The notes beneath the pieces are model-generated. The model searched no databases. It was not told the DNA's origin and worked only from the letters and a program-made list of their open reading frames with translations. A DNA stretch of 63,997 nt, filler included, from Jimgerdemannia flammicorona (taxonomy: Eukaryota): the NCBI GenBank assembly GCA_003990765.1. It is 3 parts of 3 records of this genome, joined end to end, with 100 filler letters (N's around TTAATTAATTAA, not from the genome) between each part and the next. Parts side by side here need not be neighbours in the genome. Positions count along the whole stretch, not along the records: positions 43,328 to 63,997 come from RBNJ01001618.1; 2 more parts are not named here. One strand, given 5' to 3'. The position numbers and the translations under genes were made by a program. Every line of letters begins with the position of its first letter. Position 1 is the first letter of the stretch. This document shows, in pieces, positions 50,326-63,997 of this stretch.

Positions 50326-52760
50326 GGCTAACACCCTCGTCAAGACTCGCCAAGGCTAGTCAATATTCCCCAGTCTTTGACTCGATATCGCCAAGCAACC
50401 AAAGGCCAGCTACTTCGAAGGACCTTTCACTTGACTTACGCACATCAACCTCTGCGTTCAAGTGCATACTCTGGGGGATCTATCCAACGTATAACCAACG
50501 GCAGTTCAAGGTCAGTCGTTTCTTCGATTTTCGCCGAGAAAGTATCTCTCATCTAATATCATTCCATCATTCATCATCCGTTATGTCCATCCTACAACGT
50601 TTATCCAGACTGTACGACCCTCGCTCGCAGTTATGCCTGGTTCTGGCTCTCACCCTCGTCAAGGCTGGTCAGCATCCTCCAGCTTCTACCTCGGTCACGG
50701 CTCGTTGTCGCCGAGCAGCTAAAGGCCAGCTATTGCGAAGGACCTTTCTCTTGACTTGCCCACATAGACCTCCGCGTCGAGTGCACACTCTGGGAAATCC
50801 ATCCAACATTCAGCCAGCAGTAATTGAAGGTCAGTTTCTTTTGGCATATCATTGAGAAAGTATCTGTCGTAGATTTTTTTGACATCCTTCATGTCTATCC
50901 TAACGATCATCAATACTGTCTGACTCGCGCTCCCAGTTGAGTCTGGCTCTGGCTTACCCCCCCACCATGACTCTTCAAGGCTAGTCAAGGTTCCCCGGCC
51001 TTTGCCGATGTCCCCGAGCAACCAAAGGCCAGCTATTGTTCTCTTAACTTTCCCACATCGACCTTCGCATTCGAGAGCACATTCTGGGAGATCTGTCCAA
51101 TATCTGTCATCGTCTATCTTCCGTCGTGCATCATTCACCATGTCCATCCCTTTTACGTTCATCCAGTCTGTCTGACCCTCGCTCCCTGTTGAGCCGGCCC
51201 TGGCTATCACTCTCGTCATAGGCTAGTTACGATTCCTCAGCCTTTGCCTCGTTTCCGTCTCGATGTCGCCGAGTAACCAAAAGTCAGCTATTGCGAAGGA
51301 TCTTTCTCTTGACTTGTCGCCATCGACCACTGCATTCGAGTGCACACTCTGAGGAATCCATCCAACATCCAGCCAGCGGCAAATCAAAGGATACCTTTTC
51401 TTTACTTTTCGCGGAGAATATGTCGTCATCGTCTATCGTTCCATCGTTCATCATCTGTTATTTCCATCTGTTAATGTTCTTCCCGACTGTCCATCCCCCG
51501 CTCCCAGTTGACTCTGGCCCTGGCTAACACCCTCACCAAGACTCGTCAAGGCTAGTTAAGATTCCCCAGTCGCTGCTCGATGACGCTGGGCAACAAAGGC
51601 CAACTATTGTGAATGACCATTATCTTGATTTGCCCACACCAACCTCCGCATTCCAGTGCACATTCCGGAGTTCACGGAGAACGTTTGTGTCATTGTTTGT
51701 CATTCCACCATTCATCATGCATCACGTCCACCCTCCCTTCGAGCCCGGTCCTTGCTAACACAGTCGTCAAGACTCATCAAGATTCCCCAGATTTTGCCTC
51801 GTTCGCTGCTCGATGTCGCCGAGCAACCAAAGGCCATCTATTTCAAAGGACCTTTCTCTTGACTTGCCCACATCGGCCCTCGCATTCGAGTGCACAAGCT
51901 GGGGAATCCATCCAACATCCACCCAGCGGCAATTTAAGCTCAACTTTTCTTTAGTTTTCGCGGATAATACGTATGTCAGTCATCGTGTATCTTTCCATCT
52001 TTCATCATTTGTCATGTCCATCCACTAACTTTCATCCAGGCTGTCTGACCAGTTGGCCCTGGCACTGATTAACAGCCTCATCAAAACTTGGTAAGGTTAG
52101 TCAGGTTTCCCCAGCCTTTGCCTCGTTCGCTGTTCGATGACGCCGAGCAACCAAAAGCCAACTATAGCGAAGGACCTTTCTCTAGACTTGCCCACATCGA
52201 CCTCTGCATTCGAGAGCACATTCTGGGGGGTCTATCGGACATTCAACCATTGACAGTTTAATGTCAGTTTTTTTTTTTTTTTACTTTTCGTCTGTCATTG
52301 ACTATCGTTCTATTGTTCATCATGCATCAAGACTATCGTCCAATGTTCATCCAGACTGTACGACACTTGCAACCAGTGGAACTTGGCCTTGGCTAACACA
52401 CTCACCAAGACTCGTCAAGGCTTGTCAAGATTCCTCAGCCTTTGCCTCGTTTGCAGCTCGATGTCGCCGAGCAAGCAAAAGCTAAAGACCTTTCTCTTGA
52501 CTTGTTCACATCGACATCCACATTCGAGAGCATATTCTAGGGGATCTATCCAACTTTCGACTAACAACCGTTCGAGATCTCTTTTCTTTTTTTTTTTTTT
52601 TTTCTTTTGCATTGCGGAGAAATTGTCTGTCATTGTCTATCGTTCCATCGTTCGTCATCCGTTATGCCCATTCTCCAACGTTCATCCAGACTGTCTGACC
52701 CTCACTTCGAGTTGGTCACGATTCCCTAACCTTTGCCTTGTTTACGGCTCGATGTCGCCA
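50326..52760. repeat. Diverged tandem array of ~9 units of about 230-330 bp
   Basis: Recurring ggctaacaccctcgtcaag...gctcgatgtcgccgagcaaccaaagg...ctttctcttgacttgcccacatcgacc. Unit starts near 50326, 50646, 50951, 51202, 51522, 51753, 52061, 52391, plus a partial unit at ~52710. Confidence 0.9.
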
Positions 52761-54803
52761 ATTGGCTTTTCAGCAAGTACTGGCTTGTTCGAGTCTCGGC
52801 TCATCATCTTTCTTCGGCTTTCATCATCTGTCCTCGGTTGGCATTGTCTTTAATTCCGTCCTTCATCCGTCGTTATGTTCAACGAACATTCAAAAATCCG
52901 GCATCGTCCGTACGACTTTTATCGCAGTATCCATCTTTCCGCCGTTCGACATTTTCACCCGATATGACAATTCAAGGTCTGTCTTTTTTCTTTTCTTTTC
53001 GTGGAGAAAGTGTTTCGGTGGACATAATGATGGATTTCTCCTCACTATAAGTAACGTTGCCTGCTATCGTCATCATCTTCTACCCCTCTCCCACTTCGGC
53101 ATGGTTATGTAATCTAACCATTCAAACTCCCCCCTTTCGCAAACCAAACATTTAATATAATTTCTATCCTTTTATACCATCTGTCACACGTTGGGGTTAT
53201 TTATACTCACCTTCCCTTGATCGCCCCCACCAATCTTCTACAGTTCAACATTTGGCGCAACCAACATTCAGCAACGAAGGTGTCATACGCTCCCGACAGG
53301 AGTTCGAGTAAATTGGGAGTAGTATGCCTCCAACTATGTCGAGCGCCTTTGTCGGGTGTGTACTGCAGACTAACCCATCCCATGCGACCATCCCATGCGA
53401 GGACGACCAACACAAGCCCACTCATCGAGTCATTTGAATTTTGCAATTTCTAATTAAAGGCGATATCAAAGAGCACGACGATTTTATGCAACTCCGACCT
53501 CTACTGAATATCAGCTTCTGTTGTCTTCTGTTAACCATTCTACACGCTCCACGACAGGAGGTCGAGCGCCTTTGTTGGATGTATACTTATGGCACGTCTT
53601 CCAATATTTATATCCAAAGATACGACGCAATAATGACGTCGACAATAGCGCCAAAACGTGTTGTTTGCACAGCCACCCAGTTGCAAGACCTGACGTCCTG
53701 TGGAGTTGTCTAGAGCGGTGGACCGTACCATGCTGAAGGGCAACTCCAACACCCCGACGAAGAGGGACTGCAGTGGTAGCCAGTAATGGGTATGGCGCGT
53801 GTAGCACACGAACGTAAGTATATGCCAAATGATAACCCACGCCGTAATCCAAATATTGCCCTCATCTGGACTGTTATTACATGTTCAAGACTCACACGTA
53901 AAAAAGTACGAATTGTGCTCGCGGGCCGAATGGCAAGAAGTGAGGATGTTCACAACCTATAAATCGATTGCTTGTGCTCAAGGCTATTATAAAGTGTAAC
54001 TCAATTGGCTGTTTCAAATTATATAGTTCTTCTCTGGCTTTCGTTATCTGTAGTCAGTATTTTGGTTATGTGAATCCCAGACAATTAACCCACCTTCATT
54101 CACGCTGGTCTTAAAATATTATAACTTATAATATGCCAAATGGAAAATACCCCCTAAGTTGCACCACCTGTTCATTTCTCCTAGAAAGGACAAATCTGAG
54201 TATTGTATGCCAGCAACCTCCCAAATTATGAATATGAAAACCGCATACTATTCGGTGTAATAGGTTTCTGTTTGCTTCATTGAATGAAGTTGCTGCAGTA
54301 TATATTTTAAGAAGAAATGAAGTTAAAAGAGTAACAGATAAAAAGGAAAGGTAGGCGATACTAAAGCTCTGGATGTCCTTATTTATTCTTCGTCCTTTAC
54401 ACGGAATATTCGGAAATACCACTAATGAACATGCTGATGGGACCACAAGCGCTGCTCAACAACGGCACTGTGCTGATACAAGGTAAGACAGGTTAAATAA
54501 TAATCGTCCTTATTTCAACTTGTAATCAAGATTTGTAAATCATTCTAGCAAGGTAAGAAAAAAAAAAAAAAAAAAAATCCTGGTCCAACGAATATCAGTC
54601 GAAATACCGATTCCGATCTAAGCAACCAGCCATACACATTACAACACCCGTTTCCCAAATTCCGACTTACAAATAATCGTGTATTTGTCCTAGAGCTGGG
54701 TTACTATTACAATGTATAAATATTATATACAATAATTTAAGAAATATAAAAATATTACCATAGAAACCTATTAATAATTATCTGTGGATATTATATATAG
54801 AAA

Positions 54804-54835
<32 letters not shown>

Positions 54836-54899
54836 ATAGTCACTTGGACTTCTCTTTATTACTGCTATCTATAATAATAATAATACAATATCACCCCAT

Positions 54900-57800
54900 C
54901 CCCTCAACCAATACCCCTTGGATCTACTACCCCACCCTCTCCACCCCTCTGCTGGAGAACAACCCAGTCACCCACCACCTGAATCCTCCCACCACTTTTC
55001 CATGAAATACACTGTACCAAACCCCTGCGACTCCCCCCACTGGGGGCCCACCCTTGCCACCAGTCATTCAAAATATCCAGCAATAATCATTCCCAATGCA
55101 CCACCCTATCTCCAACCCCAACCTGCTGACCCTCCTTAAATACATATATCCAATGCCCAGCCATCCCAACTCATATAGCCAGAGCCCAACTGAGGGTCAG
55201 CCATTTATCCCCTACCCCTCCAACCAGCCTATGGCAGAGCTCTCCCCACCTCCCCCCTTCCCCTCCCTCCAGGGCTCACAACCCTAAACAGTCCACGATA
55301 TGACACCAAAACACCCCCAAAACATCACACTCGCCAAGCCAGTGTTCAGGCATTTGTATCACTCTGCCTTCCTGTCCAACATCACAACATTCCTCACACT
55401 CAAATGTGCCACTGGCCACCAAGTGCTCAGACTGATAGTTCAACATCACATTCCACCAGAGAACTCACCACCATACCACCCAGAACTTGAGAGGTAACTA
55501 CTGCATCACCTGCTTGCTCCAAATCCAGAGACCATTCCAGTCCCACTCCTTGCCAATCCCAACCCCCTGCCAGGCTTCAGTACAAAGGTCCCCACCTAAG
55601 CCCCACACACACTCTATTCCATCACCAAGCTAAAAGTCCTCCACCAAAACACCACCCAGCAGTAATCTGTCCCATCTCCACATCTGTGGTCCCCAATCCT
55701 CCTCTCTCTCCTCACCCCACCACTGAAGTCCAATTTTCTTAGCACCATCTACCACCCCCCACCAAAAGCCCTTATACCACATCCTCTCACTCCCATCCAT
55801 GGCCACCATCGCAAGCAGGTCTCCAGAATCTCCATGGGGGGAATACCAGGCCTCCCATACCCTCTGCATAAGTGGTACCCACTTCTGACCCCACAGCTTG
55901 CTTGCCCTCCTCAGCCACCAGGCTCTCAAGCAGTGAAGACATTTAGTAAAGTCTACTAAACCCAGCCCACCTCTTTCCACTGGTAGGGTAAGAACCTCCC
56001 ATCCTATCTGACTTTGCCACCCAGCCTAGATCTATGATCTCGCCATCTTCAACAGCCTCCTGACCACCCAAGCTGGGAAGTCTAGATGTTACCCCACATA
56101 CTACAACTTCGGCATCCAATATACATTCAGCACCATCACCCTTCCTGCCAAGGATATTTGCCAACCTCCTTAGCACAAAAGCACAGTACCCCACTCCAGA
56201 AGTCGTTGATCCCACCAAGCATGGAATAGAAGGGACCCAAACACTGAAAAGTAGATCTCCAGGTAACGAACTGGCTCTCCTGCTGGCACCACCATCCCAA
56301 TCACATCACTGCCAATGATCCCACCACCTAGCATCAGAGTCTTGCATTTGTGCCAATTGAGCTTAGCACTAGAACCCCTCTCATACCACTCCACCGACCT
56401 CCTTAATTCTTCCACATCTGCTAATGAGCCCAGTCCAACCACCATGTCATCCACAAAGGCCCCCACCTTCCAATTAATCCCTAGAATATCCAACCTCCCA
56501 ATTCGATGCCTGATCCTATCCAGTAGGGGCTTCAGGGAGAGGGCATATATGATGGGCAACAAAGGGTCTCCTTGTGGCACCCCACGACCAAGAGGGAAGA
56601 TTACACCCCTGTGGCCATTGATGACCAACACAGCCTGGCTGTTTTCCAAAAGGCTAATCAACAACCAGTGGAACCCTGGAGGAACACCAATACATTTTAA
56701 CACCCCCTCCAACCAGACCCTCCTCAATCTATCATATGCCTTCTCCTGATCCAGAAAAACCAATCTGCCATCCACCCCAGCAGCCCAGGTCCCTTCAATA
56801 ATACCATGTATCCAAGCTGTCCCATTGCAGATCAACCAGTCACTGACAAATCCTCATTGCTCCACCCCCAGAACTTGCTGAGTGATTCCCTGCAGCCTCA
56901 TCACCAATATCTTAGTCACCAGTTTGTGGTCCATATCAAGTAGCATGAATGGCTGCCAGTTCTTCCAATCCTCCTGTCTCCCCTTATCTTTGTAGAGCAA
57001 GGAGACCAGCCCTAGGTGCTGGCCCCCAATCCAAGTTCCAGACTGAAGAACCTCACTATACATTTCCATCATTTCTTCCAATACTTCTGCCACTCCAGCC
57101 ATCTTCTTCCAAAAATCCCAGGGAAGTCCATCCTCCCCCAGAGCTATCCCCTTACTTGTCATAGCCAAGACCTTGCAAACTTCTTCCCCTCTCACTGGAT
57201 CTCCCAGAGTCCTCAAGTCCATTGCAGGGTCTGGATGCCAATCCTCCAGCTGCCTTTCAATGTTCAGAGCATCCTCCCCCCCTTCCTCTTTGCTCTACAA
57301 ATCCTCCCACCGAGTCCTCAGTAATTCCAGAATCACTGGAGTCCCCACCCCCATCTCCCCATCCACATCCAGGACCCCATCCCACTGATGCTTAGTTCTC
57401 TGTGCTTGGAATATCTGCGATAAAAACCTAGTGGGTCTCTCCCCCTCCTCAAGCCCCTGCCACCTCAGCCTTGCCACCATCTCCTTCAGCCTAACCTCTT
57501 CCTCCCTTCATATCACTTCCTTAAGCTCCTCCACTTCCTTCTGGATCCTCACAATACACCAGTTGGCCACCTCCCTGTCTTCTAGCACCCCTGCCCATCT
57601 CCCCATGAGCACCACCAATTGCTGCAAGGCCTATAGCACCCTCCGCCACTGCTGAGCACACCTTCCTCTCCTGGCTTCCCTCTAGTACCCCTGAGCACTC
57701 GCTTTCAGCCTCCTCCAGCAGTCCCCAATCACCAGACCCTGGGCCTGCCACCCACCAATTTTTCCAATAACCTCCTTCTCCCAGTCTGCCCATAAAGTCC

Positions 57801-58565
57801 CATCCTCCAACAAAGAAGAATTGAGTCGCCAATGTCCAGGCCCATCCCCACTTCTCCCAAACCTCCCCCCTCCTAATACACCCCAGTGATCTGACCATAG
57901 GCACCAAACCACCTCTAGCACAGTCCAGACATCCACTCTCCAGCATTCCACCATCAATATCTAGTCTATCCTGGAGCCCAGCCCTGTCACCCAGTCAGTA
58001 TAGATTTGATGATTGTCCCAAAACTATCTCCCAGAATCAACCAGAGAACTCAACCTCTCCATCTCTAACCAATCATCCAACCCACCACTCCTGCCCCTCA
58101 TTCCTCTCCCACCATCTGTCCTGTCCATCCCCTTATCCTGCACCATGTTGAAGTCACCCCCCAGGCAGTCTAACCCAACCTCCCCCAAGACACCAGCCTC
58201 TTTCAAACTTTGAACCCAATCCACCCATTCCCCTCTCTCTGCTGGGCAATAACATGACCCAACTGTCAAAGGGCTCCATCTAGGCCTCTTCCATACTCTC
58301 CATACCAACTCAGACCCCCAATGTCCAATGTCCCCAATGTCCCCCATCCCCTTTCGAACTAGGATATCCACCCTCTCCATCCACACTGCAGCCCTCCCCA
58401 TTTCTTAGTCCAATCCTATAAGTCTACATCTACCTTGTAACAGACATCCTGCAGTAAAAAGAGATCTGCCTCCAGTCCCTTTAGCCATCCAAATATGTCC
58501 TTCCTCCTAGCTGCCCCTTGTAACCCATTCACATTCAAAGAGAATATTCTAGTTATACTGTTCAT
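54900..58565 (-). pseudogene. LINE ORF2 (AP endonuclease + reverse transcriptase), disrupted
   Basis: MNSITRIFSLNVNGL, LLQD, GGDFN, SDH, then LDQEKAYD, GVPQGDPL, FVDD. 3' end approximate. Confidence 0.9.
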
Positions 58566-58596
58566 ATTGAATAATGATTGGATTTGAGACCCCCAC

Positions 58597-60485
58597 CTAG
58601 TATTCCATACTCATCTCATCTCCAGTCAGATCTAAGTTCCACTCTGCTTCCAAGTCCCCCTCCATAACAGCCTGGGCATCCAATGCCTCTAAGATTTCTT
58701 GACATTCCACCCCATCCACCACCTCCATCTCTGACTGATAGTCTGTGCAGACCACTCTCCACTTCTCCAATCTCTTCCTTGAGCCCACAAGTAAGCTGCC
58801 TGATCATTCGCAATCCCTCTAAGTTCCTCCTCTCTCTGATCATCAACCTGGTATTCAACTGATTCCAAGAGGACTGTAAGGATCTCATTCCTCACCTTTC
58901 GTGGCACCTCCTCACCACAAAGGATTTCCTCCCAATGCCTCTCTTCTATAACCCATATGTCCTCTTCCACCAGCTCCTCTGCTGCCACTCCTTTCAGAGT
59001 CTTCCACAGCCACTTCTCCTCATCCACTGCCTCTGCCATACCCTGGGTGACCCGACCACCCCCCACCTCTGGGTCCACCAAAGTGCTCCTCCTTACCGAC
59101 TCATCCCACTCCTCATCTGGTTTATCCAGCAACTCCTCCTCACCCCCTGCCCCACTCAGGACACTATATGGAGGGTGAACCCCTTTACTCATTTCTGCAT
59201 CTGCCTCCACACTGCCCTCTCTCTCCTCCCTCAGTCCATCCTGGGCCCCACCTTGGGCTGTCCCACATTCTTCTGCCCAGGCACTCATGCCCAATCCTGC
59301 TCTCCCACCGCCACCCAACTTCAACAATAGCTCCTTCTGGATTCTCCTCCCCTGCATCTTCTCCCAGGTCCCCCAATCCATCCTGATCCTCTTCTCATCA
59401 ACTACTTCTACCACTGTCTTGGCTTCATACTCCTTCCAAGCCAATCTCTTCCTCTTGACTATACCTGCCAGATCCTCCAGAGCCTCAAGCAAATCCTCCT
59501 CCTCCTCCTGAGTCCTCTTTACCCACATGACCTTGTACTCTACTGGTCCCCACTTCAGGGTCACTGGCCAATCCCTCATCTTCCCCATATTCTTCTTTCC
59601 AGCCAGCCTTACCTGAACATCAACATCACCAGTCTGGAGCTCTGTACCCTCCCAGACCTTGAATCTGATGTCCACAATCTCACTATACTCCTTGACTGCC
59701 CCCACAATCAGCTCCCTGACCTTCTCCCTCAACACCATAGGAAGATCCAGCACCATCAACTGCACCACTCAGGGGTCCCAGTGTATGCACTGGGCCAGAG
59801 GGACCACAACCCCACCCACTGTTACCCCTTTCTCCATAGCAGCCAGCAATACTTCCTCTTCCTCAAACCACCTCAATCCCTTCTTTTCCTTCAAAAACTT
59901 CACCAATGCTGCCCCTTTTGCCTTCTGTACCACCAGCCCTAGGATCATCCTCACAGTCACCACCAAGTCCCTGAAACACATGGTGACTATGAATTTTGAC
60001 CTTGATTTCTTGAGTAACAGTGCCAACACCATGCCCACCACTCCATCTGTCAGGTCCCTGGGCCTCAAGCCCACTCCCCATCCTGAACCATTAACCACCA
60101 TCACATCTGGATTTTTTTCCAGATCCCCAGTCACAGCCCCATCAGCAGTCACATCTCCAGCCCCTACTCCCCCCCCTCCCCTACCACTGGATACTCTCCT
60201 GGACACTTCTCTCTATCCCCCAGCAGCAGCCATTGATATCTTCCCTAGGCCCAGCCAATCATCCAGACCAGAGGCCCTTCTCCCCATCTTGACCTTGTCA
60301 ACAAAGGTCAACCTCTCCCCTCCTCACTGTCTCAGGCTGCCCCTCCCTCAACCACCAGTGTCTCAGCCAGCTGTCAAGGCCCCCAGCATCCCCAAACCAT
60401 CTCCCCTCCTCTCCACCTGTTGCCAGCCAAAGGCCCCACTGCCCCCCTGGCCAGTATGCTCACCAGTGTGATTGTTGCCATCCAT
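58597..60485 (-). pseudogene. LINE ORF1 (~630 codons), disrupted
   Basis: ATG at 60485; track pieces 59769-60206, 58689-59768 and 58597-58788; position directly upstream of ORF2. Confidence 0.75.
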
Positions 60486-60928
60486 GTTGATAGTCATCAA
60501 TCACCAAAAATATTGTAAAAAGTGTTGTCTGAGTCTTGTGTCACCCGACTGGTACTGGTGAAGGATATAGAAATCAGTTCTTAATAATACTCTAATAATA
60601 TTATGCAAATTGAATGATTTATGATAGTTTTTATATTTTTGCTATTACTTAAAATAAATATATATTTCAGTATATTAGATATATATCAGTTTAATAAATT
60701 CAATTGGTTTAAATTATAATAATAACAATAGTTCAAATTCTCAGATATTTTTGTCAAAAAGCAAAACTATTAAGGAATTTTCAATATAATTATAGCAATA
60801 ATGAACTAAATATCCACTATATATAAGTATATATGTATATAAGTAAGCTTAATATAATATAATATATTGATTTTATTAACTCTAATTAGCTAAGTAATTT
60901 TACTCACTGATAGAAATAATATTCCTTT

Positions 60929-62062
60929 GGGACTGGTTGACTTTCCAAAGAGGCTACACTGCTTGAGGGTTTGGTGGTTGAAGAGAGCCATGGAATTGAG
61001 AGGGAGTGGTTGGGTTCCCCTATTGCAGATGGTTTGGGAGAAGTGGTCCACACAGAGGCTCAACTGGTGATCTCCTATCTTTGGTTGGTCTTCAGAACAC
61101 TAATCAATTGCGATATAAAGACTTCTGGTGGGGGATAGCAGAGGGGGTACACTGCATTGAGATCTGTTGGCAGGGGAATGAAGGAGAGGAGGATTGGGAC
61201 CCAGTGATGTGGAGATAGGACTGGGTGCTACTGGGCAGCATTCCATTACTTGAGTTTGACATTAGTAATAGGATAGACTGCCAGAGGGGGCCAGGCCAGG
61301 ATCTGTGGCCTAGTGGTTGGCAAGGTGTAGATATTGGTAAGGAGTGGGACTGGCATAGTATTTGGATATAGAGTGCTGAGGTAAGAAGATGGATGCTGCT
61401 GAAGTATTGGGTGACTTGGTGGTACATATTGAGGAGGAATATCATGCTCAATTACTGCTTGGGTTACCTTTATTGAGGGGGGTTGTTTTGACTACAAGGA
61501 GTGCTATAATGTAGGACAGGAAGGGGGTTATATACAGACACCTGAACATTGGCTAGGGGAGTATGAGATACTTAGTGACTTTTGGCAGACTATTGGAGAT
61601 CATTTGGGGGTGAGGAGCAGGGGAACTGGCATGCAGGGGCAGTGGGAGGATTTGAGAGACAGACTGGTGGGGGGGGTGAGAAAGGAATGGCTCATGCTAG
61701 GCTGGGCTCTGGCCATTTGGGTAGGGTTGGCCAGCCACTGGTTATTTGTTTTCAATGATGGGAGGAGACTGGGCTTGGAGGTCTGACTGCGGCAGTAGCA
61801 TAGCCTTATGGAGGACACCTTGATGGGCTGGTGGCTTGGTTGGGAGATACAGGGGGGTCAGAGGTGTCATCTGGTGGAGAAAATTTGTAGGCAGAGTGGG
61901 GGAAGGGTGGGAGTGGTGGGGGAGAAGGTGGTCTTTGCTTGGGTTGGGGTGGGGAGAGGCCCCCCTATGGAGATTGGATAGTGGGAGGAAGACTGCATAT
62001 TTAACAATAGACTGGTAATAAATGGTGGAGTCCAAGTGACTATAAAAAAAAAAAAAAAAAAA
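60929..62062 (+). mobile_element. 5'-truncated LINE insertion of the same family
   Basis: Ends gtccaagtgactat(A)n like the full copy; TSD AATAATATTCCTTT at 60915-60928 and 62065-62078. Confidence 0.92.
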
Positions 62063-63934
62063 GGAATAATATTCCTTTAGACAATTGTGTGCTTAAAAGG
62101 TATCACTAGTAGAACTGAGATATATTAACTTTATAATATAATATATTTCTTAAATGATCTATTACAAAGTTTCAACACTATATATAATCTAACTTCTTAT
62201 TAGTTAATAAATTCAAAGAAACTATAAAGTTTAGGAAATATATATTTTGATATAAAAATAATCTAAAAGCTTATGATAAGTTTATTAAGGTAAATAGTAA
62301 CCAGAAATATCAAATTTAATCATATTTACTTTATTAAAAAATTTTCATTTTTTTCTATTACCAAAAAGTATCTCAATATACTATAATATACTAGTTCAAT
62401 AAAGCAAATTATAAGGTTGGAGCAACTATGTAGATTGGCTTGAGCCTTTGATTTCTTTATTAAGTTATAAAATGTTTAGTTGTTTACTAAAAATACTTTG
62501 AATAATATAGATAATTTTAGTAGTTTCTCTTAATTAGACAGAATTGGTAGACTTCTCAGATGATGTAAATTTATTACTGAATATAGTTTCTACATAATGC
62601 AGTAGATTCTCATTTTCTTTAAAATCAATTGTTTTTTAAATAATACAAATAATAACAATTCTTAAAATAGTAGCCAAGTTCTTTATTCAAACTTTAGTAG
62701 ATAATTCAGGCTTCATCTGGCAAGTAGATCAAAAATAGCTGAGTTCTCAAATTCAGGCTTAATCTGATATATAGACCAAATCAGATCTTCTCCTCTTTAT
62801 ATTGCAAAGTAGGTAGAAGTAAAAAAGAAAAAGAAAGCTCATAATCTTCTAAATAGTAACTATAAAGCAGGTTTTCTCTTAAGTATTATAATCCTTTCTG
62901 GATTAAGTAGCTTTGGTAGACATATTTCTCAAAGAATATTAGACAGACTTTTCTTTTGCTTTAGAACTTTTCAGACTGAGGTTTATTTACTCTTATTACT
63001 AGAGTATTTATATAGTTGTGATTGCTAGCTAGTTGCTATATAATAATTTAAGAAAGTGTTCTCTCATAAGACAGATGTTTTTCAGAGCATAGGTATTCTC
63101 TTAGAGTATAGGTATATCTTAAATTTACAAAGTATCTCAGATTGTGAAATTTGTCTTAATTTAGTATATCGGCTATTTAGATAATAGTAGTATAAAAAGT
63201 AACTATATTGGGTGTTTTGTATATCATCTAACTATACTACAAATTTACTTATTTAATACCAAAGATAGAAAGGATATAGAGACTAAAAAAAAGAAGATAC
63301 ATTTTGAGAGAGTATTAGAGATATTATAGAAAATATAGATATGCTTTTAACTAAAGATTAATGGATTTTTTCGAAAGTTTTGAAAGAAATTTAATGAGAA
63401 ATTAAAGAGGTAGCTAATAGAGATAGTGAATGAGATCTTACAGAGTAGTTGATTAGTGAGAAATTATTTCTTAAAATAAGTATATCTGATTTATAATAAG
63501 AAGAGAAATAGGCAGATATAATATATAATATTAGAGATTAATTATACTATTAAATGTAAATTGAAATTTGGGCTCAAAAGTATTAACTAAAAGACTATAA
63601 AGATAAATTAGAGAGTTTGTAAAGAGAAAGCAATGATGTTTATCAAGGATTAATAGATTTGAAATAGTATAGCTTGAGTATATAATATGTTGGAGAGCTA
63701 TTAGGTAAGAGATATTAATAGTAGATTTGTCTTTTTAAATCAGAAATATATATTAATATATATAGTGAAGATATTTAGCAGAAGTTTTAAGAAGAGTTAG
63801 ATTTGAAAAAACAGAAAACTAATAAGCTATAAGATTAGTAAGAAGAAGTAAGATAGTAATTTTGATAAATAAATAATTTAAAATGAAATTTATTTTAAGT
63901 AGAAAGATATTTCAAAATAATATGTTCTCTCTTT

Positions 63935-63942
<8 letters not shown>

Positions 63943-63997
<55 letters not shown>
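63943..63997. repeat. Poly(T) tract at the window end
   Basis: Direct observation; may be the tail of a minus-strand retroposon lying beyond the window. Confidence 0.9.

Larger units (their letters stand above)
54811..60564 (-). mobile_element. Apparently full-length L1-like LINE, inactivated
   Basis: Poly(A) tail (T run 54811-54835); TSD ATATAGAAATCAGTTC at 54795-54810 and 60565-60580; ORF1 plus ORF2 (APE endonuclease, RT). Confidence 0.94.

Noticed and set aside
50326..52760. CRISPR-like array
   Set aside because: Units are ~300 bp and homologous along their whole length, with no short repeat/unique spacer pattern and no cas-like ORF; the context is eukaryotic.
53207..53895. Cluster of short ORFs with a local duplication (gtcgagcgcctttgt at ~53338 and ~53561)
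   Set aside because: No coherent reading frame or domain; at most a small pseudogene fragment.
59659..60471. 270-aa plus-strand ORF
   Set aside because: Antisense shadow of the G-rich LINE ORF1.

Overview
Eukaryotic, very probably fungal, DNA made of three contigs joined by two artificial 100-bp N/TTAATTAATTAA spacers (21571-21670, 43228-43327). Most of the window is nested transposons degraded by C>T/G>A mutation. Ty3/Gypsy family A has a full copy at 5639-14317 and a fresher 3' half at 21671-24550. Chromovirus-type Gypsy B (26396-37036, TSD TATTA) and its internally deleted relative C lie in or beside a decayed hAT transposase. There is also a Ty1/Copia element (14647-19880, TSD GTTAT) and four pieces of one L1-like LINE family. 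A CpG-retaining region (about 43.3-54.7 kb) holds a probable 4-exon gene for a very acidic 703-aa protein and a ~9-unit, ~300-bp tandem array. The most notable signal is that the two distinct Gypsy lineages share an accessory toolkit: (i) very long LTRs (1.5 and 2.06 kb) whose U3 encodes a 272-aa or 365-aa protein with its own TATA-like box, the two proteins looking remotely homologous; (ii) a dUTPase at two different polyprotein positions; (iii) an identically spaced C-x-H-x12-C-x2-C module between dUTPase and protease; and (iv) possibly a small ORF between pol and the PPT. All translations and alignments were done by eye; no database search was run.
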